A model generated the notes under the pieces. It was not told where the DNA came from. It saw only the letters and a list, made by a program, of their open reading frames with translations, and did no database searches. Shown one piece after another: positions 35,062 to 40,005 of a DNA stretch of 40,005 bases. This stretch comes from Actinomycetota bacterium. Lineage in GTDB: Bacteria; Actinomycetota; UBA4738; CALAEC01. The stretch covers positions 1-40,005 of the forward strand of contig DASZKM010000099.1 of NCBI GenBank assembly GCA_035947055.1, in the 5' to 3' direction. Within the stretch, counting starts at the first letter, position 1. Every line of letters starts with the position of its first letter. The position numbers were made by a program, and so were the translations under genes.

Positions 35062-36711
35062 CTACAGGCCTATTGATCGAGAAACCGACTCGCTGCTCGC
35101 CAGGACGTCACCGGTCACGCCGCCGATGTCAGCTTGCGAGGTCGGCGGGCTCAGAGAACCCACCTCGTCCACGACGCTGGACGTGTGGACCTGAGGCCCA
35201 TCGGCGGATCCGCCTCCGGACCCTCCCACCGTGGGCGGACGCTCCTCGGCGCGGTCCTGCGACGCCCTCGCCTCCGTAACCACGCGAACCGAGAATGACG
35301 CCACTCCCTCCGCCGTCCACGAGAAGGTTGCCGGAGTCGGATCGACGTTCCCGGCCCGGTCCCGGGCCCGAACCTGGAACGTGTGGAGACCGGGCCCCAG
35401 GCCCGCGTACTCCGCGGGACTCGCGCACGCGAGGAATGGCCCCCCGTCCAACGCGCACCGGAAGGTAGAGCCGCGTTCCGATGATTCGAAGGCGAACAGC
35501 GCCTGGGTGCCGCCGGAGATCAGCGTGGGACCGGAAATGACGGTGTCCGGGGCGGCCGTGTCGACTCGCCACCGGCGCCGCGCCACGGGGCCGGGGTTCC
35601 CGGAGGGATCCACCGCCCGGATCAGGACGACGTGCGTCCCATCCGTCAGGTCACGGTATCGCTGCGGCGACTCGCACCGCCGGAACCCGCCTCCATCGAG
35701 CGAGCACTCGAAGAAGGCGACCGGACCGGCGCTTGCGAACCGGAACCTGGCCCGTTTGGCGTCCACCACCCGCCGGGGACCGCCGATGACGTCCACCTCG
35801 GGTGCGGCGGCAACCGTCACGAACGCCAGGGGCGCGGCCGGAGCCACCTCGCCCTCGATGGGTGCTTCACCCTCGGCGGATGGCTGGGCGTCGGTCGGTT
35901 GCTCCTTCGGGGGCGGCCGCTGGGGCGCCGGCTTGGGGGTCGGGGTTTCCTCGGGCGGAGCGCACAGCTCGAGTTCGGGGGCTTCTGAGCACAGGTTGGA
36001 CCGCACCCATTCGTCGGTCAGGTGGGCATCCGTCAGCCGGAACGGGGCCCCGAGCCTGCCCGTCTTGAACACCGTTGCGCCCTGGCCTTCGCCAACCCTC
36101 AACCTCCCCTCGTCCTCGAGCTCAAGGCTTACGGTTCCGACCTCCGGTTGCCCGTCAGGGAGCACCCACACGGCGACCAGGCCCGTGAGCAGCCGGCTCA
36201 CCACGAAGGCTCCCTCGCCGACGGCCACAGTTCCGCCCGCTTCGACCTCGAAGTAGCTGTCGGGATCACGGCTGTCCTGGACCTGGTGGAAGGTTCGGCC
36301 TGACTGGACATCGCTCTCGATGAGCTTGCTGCCCGGCGTGTCTTCGATGTCGGCCACGCGCTCCAGGCTCACGGTGGTATCGCGGTCCAGGACGGTGACG
36401 CTGCCGTCGAAGAACTCGATCTCGGCGCTTCCGTCATCCCCCGTCCGGATCACGTCGCCCTCGCGAAGCGTGGCTCCCTCGGACCCACTGCCGAACGCGT
36501 CACCGCCACGGGCCACCTCGACCGTCCCGGTGATGGGATGCAGGGTGGCGAACTGGGAGGCGGTCACGGGGCGGGCGACGATGGCCGTCAGCCCGGCTGC
36601 CAGCACGATGACCGACAGAACCAGGCCGGCGTATTCAGCGGCGCGCCTGCGGGCGGGCTCCCGCCGGATCTCGGCCAAGCCGCGCGCAGTGTAAGACGAA
36701 GGTCCCCTCAA
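35062..36711 (-). CDS. membrane-anchored FecR-domain protein 3 with two C-terminal Ig-like (Cys-pair) repeats
   Basis: TM plus FecR-like blocks (LREGDVIRTGDDGSAEIEFFDGSVTVLDRDT). Pro-rich linker. Two repeats of F.C.LDGG.F..C.SP..Y..L..G.H...(I/V)RA.D..GN....A...W at aa 318-385 and 400-467. The start is uncertain (TTG 36711 or TTG 36678). Confidence 0.7.
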   Translation of the reverse strand: MRGPSSYTARGLAEIRREPARRRAAEYAGLVLSVIVLAAGLTAIVARPVTASQFATLHPITGTVEVARGGDAFGSGSEGATLREGDVIRTGDDGSAEIEFFDGSVTVLDRDTTVSLERVADIEDTPGSKLIESDVQSGRTFHQVQDSRDPDSYFEVEAGGTVAVGEGAFVVSRLLTGLVAVWVLPDGQPEVGTVSLELEDEGRLRVGEGQGATVFKTGRLGAPFRLTDAHLTDEWVRSNLCSEAPELELCAPPEETPTPKPAPQRPPPKEQPTDAQPSAEGEAPIEGEVAPAAPLAFVTVAAAPEVDVIGGPRRVVDAKRARFRFASAGPVAFFECSLDGGGFRRCESPQRYRDLTDGTHVVLIRAVDPSGNPGPVARRRWRVDTAAPDTVISGPTLISGGTQALFAFESSERGSTFRCALDGGPFLACASPAEYAGLGPGLHTFQVRARDRAGNVDPTPATFSWTAEGVASFSVRVVTEARASQDRAEERPPTVGGSGGGSADGPQVHTSSVVDEVGSLSPPTSQADIGGVTGDVLASSESVSRSIGL

Positions 36712-36781
36712 CGCGAAATCGGACGGCGCGAGGCCCGGTGGTGCCGGTCATCCGGAGCTCTTCACAACCGGCGCGAGGTAT

Positions 36782-36798
36782 AGTGACTTTGGGTCAGT
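36782..36798. promoter_or_regulatory. degenerate third copy of the TetR operator, overlapping TATAGT and abutting the tetR ATG
   Basis: AGTGACT-TTG-GGTCAGT compared with consensus ACTGACC-N3-GGTCAGT. The right arm is perfect and the left arm matches 5/7. TATAGT lies at 36779-36784. Confidence 0.35.
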
Positions 36799-36799
36799 C

Positions 36800-37408
36800 A
36801 TGACGGTCAACACCCAGCGCAAGCGAGTCACCAAGCAGCCCGACGTACGCCGGCAGGAGCTGATGGACGCCGCCGTGCGCGTCTTCGTGGAAAAGGGCAT
36901 CGCGCGGACGACCGTCTCCGACATCACCCAGTCGGCCGGTGTGGCCAAGGGCACCTTCTACCTGTACTTCACGTCCAAGGAGAATCTGCTCGGTGCCCTG
37001 AAGGAGCGGTTCGTCAACGACGTCCTGGCCCATGCCACCTCCCACTACGAGCGCGTCGGCCGGGAGGACTGGTGGGCCCTGGCGGACAGCATCATCGAGA
37101 GCTTCACGGACTTCATGCTGGAGCGGAAGGACATGATCCACGTCATCGTCCAGGAGGGCTTGGCCCCCGAGAGCTCCCAGCTCTTCGCCGAATGTGAGGC
37201 CAAGGTCGATGCGATGTTCGCGGCCGGGATCCAGGCCGGTATCCAGGCGGGTGTGTTCCGGACGTCAGATCCCGAGCTGCTCGGTCGGTTCATCCACCAC
37301 GCTTTCGATGGCGCGCTGACCCACGGGATCCTCTACGGCCCCCCCATCGACCGGGATCGGTTCGTGGCCGCCGCGAAGGAGCTGGTCCGCAAGGCGCTTG
37401 CTCCGTAG
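36800..37408 (+). CDS. TetR/AcrR family transcriptional regulator
   Basis: N-terminal HTH RRQELMDAAVRVFVEKGIARTTVSDITQSAGVAKGTFYLYFTSKENL. ~200 aa. Confidence 0.9.
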   Translation: MTVNTQRKRVTKQPDVRRQELMDAAVRVFVEKGIARTTVSDITQSAGVAKGTFYLYFTSKENLLGALKERFVNDVLAHATSHYERVGREDWWALADSIIESFTDFMLERKDMIHVIVQEGLAPESSQLFAECEAKVDAMFAAGIQAGIQAGVFRTSDPELLGRFIHHAFDGALTHGILYGPPIDRDRFVAAAKELVRKALAP

Positions 37409-37446
37409 CTCTCCTCGGCCCAACCCCCTCCAGGCTGAGCCCCCCT

Positions 37447-37476
37447 CTTGACAGACTGACCACTGGTCAGTTAAAC
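37447..37476 (+). promoter_or_regulatory. sigma-70-like promoter (-35 TTGACA, 18-nt spacer, -10 TAAACT)
   Basis: TTGACA at 37447-37452 and TAAACT at 37471-37476, in the most AT-rich stretch of the region. Confidence 0.5.
37454..37470. promoter_or_regulatory. operator O1: perfect palindrome ACTGACC-ACT-GGTCAGT
   Basis: 7-bp perfect arms that fill the promoter spacer. Confidence 0.65.
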
Positions 37477-37490
37477 TGACCGACGGTCAG
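37474..37490. promoter_or_regulatory. operator O2: perfect palindrome ACTGACC-GAC-GGTCAGT
   Basis: Arms identical to O1. The centres are 20 bp apart. It overlaps the -10 and the predicted TSS. Confidence 0.65.
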
Positions 37491-37559
37491 TCAGAGAGGG
37501 CTGAGCGCCTCCGCCGCCGGGCGGGGGGCGCAAGGAACCAGGAAGAAGGAGGGTGAACG

Positions 37560-37718
37560 ATGGCCCAGGCACAGATCGCGGTGGAGGTTCGTCGACCGAG
37601 CCGCCCTCGGCTGGCCCTGGCCATGGCTCGGTTCATGGTTCGCCGTCAGGAGCGCCGCGCCGTGCGCCGGATGCTCGAGCAACGCGCCGACGGGCTGAGC
37701 ACCGGGGCGCGTGTCTAG
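37560..37718 (+). CDS. candidate 52-aa Arg-rich small protein (absent from the ORF track because of its size)
   Basis: ATG lies 7 nt after AAGGAGGG. The sequence is MAQAQIAVEVRRPSRPRLALAMARFMVRRQERRAVRRMLEQRADGLSTGARV. About 80% GC3. It is the only + strand reading frame downstream of the operator-controlled promoter. Confidence 0.35.
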   Translation: MAQAQIAVEVRRPSRPRLALAMARFMVRRQERRAVRRMLEQRADGLSTGARV

Positions 37719-37742
37719 CGACCTCGACCCCCGGGCTCTTCC

Positions 37743-37898
37743 CTAGCTCTTCGGCCGCTTGAGATAGGCGACGATCCCCTGGGGGCCCTGAACCACGGTC
37801 ACCAGCTCGTACCCGTCTTCCCCCCAGTTGTTGAGGATCTCCTGCGTGGCGTGCTCGATGAGCGGCACCGTCGCGTACTCCCACGTCTGCATGGTCAT
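37743..37898 (-). CDS. DUF4177-like small protein
   Basis: M(T)MQTWEYATVPLIEHATQEILNNWGEDGYELVTVV...KRP. The ATG at 37898 overlaps the Nudix stop (ATGA). The ATG at 37892 lies 7 nt after GGAGG. Confidence 0.6.
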   Translation of the reverse strand: MTMQTWEYATVPLIEHATQEILNNWGEDGYELVTVVQGPQGIVAYLKRPKS

Positions 37899-38476
37899 TC
37901 CTCCTTCTTGATCCAGCCTCCCTCGCGGAGGACTTCCAGGAAGCCGTGGACGATCCGTCCCGTGGCTCCCCACACGATTTGCCCACCCATCTCGTAGACG
38001 TACATCGGTGGCAGCCCGGGAGGTGCCCCGTCCGGGACGACTTTCCGCTCTTCCGATGCCAGCCCGGCCACGCCGAGCTCCAGTACCTCCTCGATCTCCA
38101 CCGGGCTGGGCCGCAGCGTGGGGCGCCGGGCCAGAACACCGACGAACGGAGCGATCACGTAGCCGGAGACGAACGTCTGAACCGGAGCCAGGGCCCCGAC
38201 GATCTCGAACGCGTCCCGTCCGATCCCCAGCTCTTCCTCAGTCTCCCTGAGAGCGGTGGTCATCAGGTCGGGGTCGTCGGCGTGGCGCACCCCTCCCGGG
38301 AAGGAGATCTCTCCCTTGTGGTCGCGGACCAGGTCCGTGCGCCGGGTGAACAACAACGTGGGCTCGTCGAGGTCCAACAGGGGGACGACGACTGCGGCGG
38401 GTGTTCCCTCGGGAAGGTCCGGATCTGCATCGGCCGGCTGGAGCGCACGCCTGAGAACGGTAGCGATGTCACTCAA
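37895..38476 (-). CDS. Nudix hydrolase, CoA pyrophosphatase type
   Basis: LFTRRTDLVRDHKGEISFPGG matches the NuCoA motif. It is followed by the Nudix box ...ALRETEEELGI. TTG start 6 nt after the SDR stop. Confidence 0.8.
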   Translation of the reverse strand: MSDIATVLRRALQPADADPDLPEGTPAAVVVPLLDLDEPTLLFTRRTDLVRDHKGEISFPGGVRHADDPDLMTTALRETEEELGIGRDAFEIVGALAPVQTFVSGYVIAPFVGVLARRPTLRPSPVEIEEVLELGVAGLASEERKVVPDGAPPGLPPMYVYEMGGQIVWGATGRIVHGFLEVLREGGWIKKEE

Positions 38477-38482
38477 CGGTCG

Positions 38483-39274
38483 TCACAGCAGTCCTCGGTA
38501 CAGACCGCCGTCGATCAAGAGCGACACGCCGGTGATGTAGCCGGCGCGCTCCGAGGCCAGGAACGCCACCGCGTCGCCCACTTCCTCGGGCCGTCCGAAC
38601 CGCCCAACCGGAACTCGGTCGGCCTCCTCCTGCAGGGCCTGCTCGACCGGCTGGCCGGTGTCACGAATCCGCTGCTCCACGAGCCATCTCACCCGATCGG
38701 TCAGCACCCGTCCGGGCATGACCGCGTTGACGGTGATCCCCGCCGAGGCCACCTCATCGGACAGCGTCTTGACCCACCCGATCACCGCCGCCCGGACCGA
38801 ATTCGACAAGACGAGATCGGGGATGGGCTGCTTCACCGCGATGGACGAGATGACGACGATGCGACCGTATCCAGCCTGACGCATGAGCGGAAGGGCCTCC
38901 CGCGCCATCCGCAGCGTCGAGAACAGGTTGAGGTCCAGGGCCTTGCGGAAGTCGTCGTCGCCGAGATCTTCGAACCGTCCCGCCGCCGGCCCCCCGGCGT
39001 TGGCCACCAGGATCTGGCACCCGCCCAGCTGAGAGGAGGCCTCGTGCACGAACCGGCGGGCATCCTCCTCCACAGCGACGTCGGCCGGGATGGCCGCCAC
39101 GGTCGACCCCGTCGCCGCGGCGATCTCGTCGCGGGCGGCCTTCAGGGGGCGTTGATCCCGGGCGCAGATGGCCACCTTGGCGCCCTCGGCGGCCAGGGAC
39201 ATGGCACAGGCCTTGCCCAGGCCGCGACTGGCGGCCGCCACCAATGCGGGACGCCCGGAAAGTCCCAGATCCAT
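38483..39274 (-). CDS. SDR-family protein (FabG-like fold, atypical catalytic motif)
   Basis: ALVAAASRGLGKA, LVANAGG and VVISS are present. The expected Y-x3-K position reads S-NSV-R. C-terminal ITGVSLLIDGG. Confidence 0.8.
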   Translation of the reverse strand: MDLGLSGRPALVAAASRGLGKACAMSLAAEGAKVAICARDQRPLKAARDEIAAATGSTVAAIPADVAVEEDARRFVHEASSQLGGCQILVANAGGPAAGRFEDLGDDDFRKALDLNLFSTLRMAREALPLMRQAGYGRIVVISSIAVKQPIPDLVLSNSVRAAVIGWVKTLSDEVASAGITVNAVMPGRVLTDRVRWLVEQRIRDTGQPVEQALQEEADRVPVGRFGRPEEVGDAVAFLASERAGYITGVSLLIDGGLYRGLL

Positions 39275-39300
39275 CGGCCCCTGATACCATCAGAGCCGAG

Positions 39301-39648
39301 ATGGAAGCCACTCGAACGTCCGACGTCATCACAGTCACCGAGAAGGCTGCCGCCAAGACGCGGAGCCTGGCCGAGCGAGAGGGCCAGCCCGGCGCGTGCC
39401 TTCGGCTGCGGGTGACGGCGGGCGGATGCAACGGGTTCTCCTACCGGCTGTCGCTGGAGGAGGCTCCCGCACCGGATGACGAGATCGTGGACGGCCACGG
39501 TCTGCGGGTGCTGATCGATCCCCGCTCGGTTCCGATCGTCCGGGGCTCGACGCTCGACTTCAACGACGCGCTGCTGGGCGGCGGCCTCAAGGTTCACAAC
39601 CCCAACGCCGTGAACGAGTGCGCGTGCGGGGACTCTTTCTCGGTCTGA
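39301..39648 (+). CDS. erpA: HesB/IscA/ErpA-type iron-sulfur cluster insertion protein
   Basis: LRLRVTAGGCNGFSY...NPNAVNECACGDSFSV has the three conserved Cys. 115 aa. Confidence 0.85.
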   Translation: MEATRTSDVITVTEKAAAKTRSLAEREGQPGACLRLRVTAGGCNGFSYRLSLEEAPAPDDEIVDGHGLRVLIDPRSVPIVRGSTLDFNDALLGGGLKVHNPNAVNECACGDSFSV

Positions 39649-39685
39649 CGCCGCCGGCTCGCCGCGCCGCTACCCGGGAGCGGCC

Positions 39686-40005
39686 CTAGTAGTTGTAGTC
39701 GTATCCCCCGCCGCCGGTATCGGCCGTACCATCATCCGTCTCCCCCGTCCCCCCGGGATCCTCCGGGCCACCGGTCTGCTTGGGCAGCCCGCAGCACACC
39801 GTGGGAGGAGCGCCGGATACCGAGACGCTGACCGAGTCGCTGACCGACGTCTCCTGATGATTCGCATCGGAGAGGACCACTCGGATGGTGTGGGTCCCGT
39901 CGGGCACTCCCAGCATGGTCTCTGTGCTGGTGACCGCCTCGTACTCCTTCGAATCGTCGACGTACACGTGGAGCATCCCTCCTGAGTCATGGGCGCCGAT
40001 CTCGG
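39686..40005 (-). CDS. C-terminal part of a secreted/hypothetical protein (5' end beyond window)
   Basis: The frame stays open upstream of the listed Met to base 40005 (..EIGAHDSGGMLHVYVDD...THTIRVVLSDANHQ). These His-containing beta-sandwich-like motifs are reminiscent of DUF4399. The tail is Gly/Asp/Tyr-rich and ends GGGGYDYNY. Confidence 0.45.
   Translation of the reverse strand, partial: EIGAHDSGGMLHVYVDDSKEYEAVTSTETMLGVPDGTHTIRVVLSDANHQETSVSDSVSVSVSGAPPTVCCGLPKQTGGPEDPGGTGETDDGTADTGGGGYDYNY

Noticed and set aside
37553-37762. 69-aa track ORF (MNDGPGTDRGGGSS...) downstream of the operators.
   Set aside because: Its GTG abuts the GGAGG with no spacing, and the product is low-complexity Gly/Ser/Pro/Arg. 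The ATG at 37560 in the other frame has proper SD spacing, so I report that one instead, with low confidence.
39776-39793. LPKQTG in the last gene as a sortase LPXTG sorting signal.
   Set aside because: The motif has an extra residue (LPxxTG). It is not followed by a hydrophobic helix and positively charged tail.
1-40005. Genomic island, prophage or defence island interpretation of the accessory-looking region 21.8-37.7 kb.
   Set aside because: There is no integrase, transposase, tRNA or flanking direct repeat. I saw no recognisable defence genes and no obvious compositional shift by eye. The region looks like chromosomal accessory metabolism and signalling.

Overview
GC-rich segment that looks actinobacterial. 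Third codon positions are dominated by G/C, GTG and TTG starts are frequent, and many genes have 1-4 nt start/stop overlaps. Long Arg/Pro/Gly-rich shadow ORFs cover the antisense strand. I can support about 42 protein-coding genes. I see no rRNA, tRNA, CRISPR array, transposase or integrase. Gene order, left to right: (1) the 3' part of a crotonase; (2) small CHRD, NTF2-like and DUF2269-like proteins; (3) an ~800-aa secreted protein with ten Asp-boxes; (4) a putative lipoprotein; (5) a secreted four-Asp-box protein directly followed by a sugar-type ABC importer (permease, SBP, ATPase, permease); (6) convergent paaABCD with no paaE; (7) DUF6766, sigJ and a 50-aa membrane protein; (8) an aldehyde dehydrogenase; (9) an MFS transporter behind a strongly structured ~300-nt leader; (10) an S15/CocE-type hydrolase; (11) hutI; (12) two tandem sGDH-like (PQQ-type) beta-propeller dehydrogenases; (13) a small membrane protein; (14) two tandem lysyl-oxidase-like proteins that keep the Cu-His and LTQ Lys/Tyr residues; (15) cbs and metB split by a translationally coupled DUF429 gene. 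The most unusual block follows. It is a CHASE2 class III adenylate cyclase preceded, co-directionally, by three membrane-anchored FecR-domain paralogs and a secreted TSP3/Cys-rich/Asp-Gly-Trp-repeat protein. A divergent TetR regulator flanks this block, and its two perfect tandem palindromic operators sit on a promoter that appears to drive only a 52-codon Arg-rich ORF. The window ends with DUF4177, a Nudix CoA pyrophosphatase, an SDR, erpA and a truncated secreted protein. All functional calls rest on motif recognition by eye. No database search or alignment tool was available.
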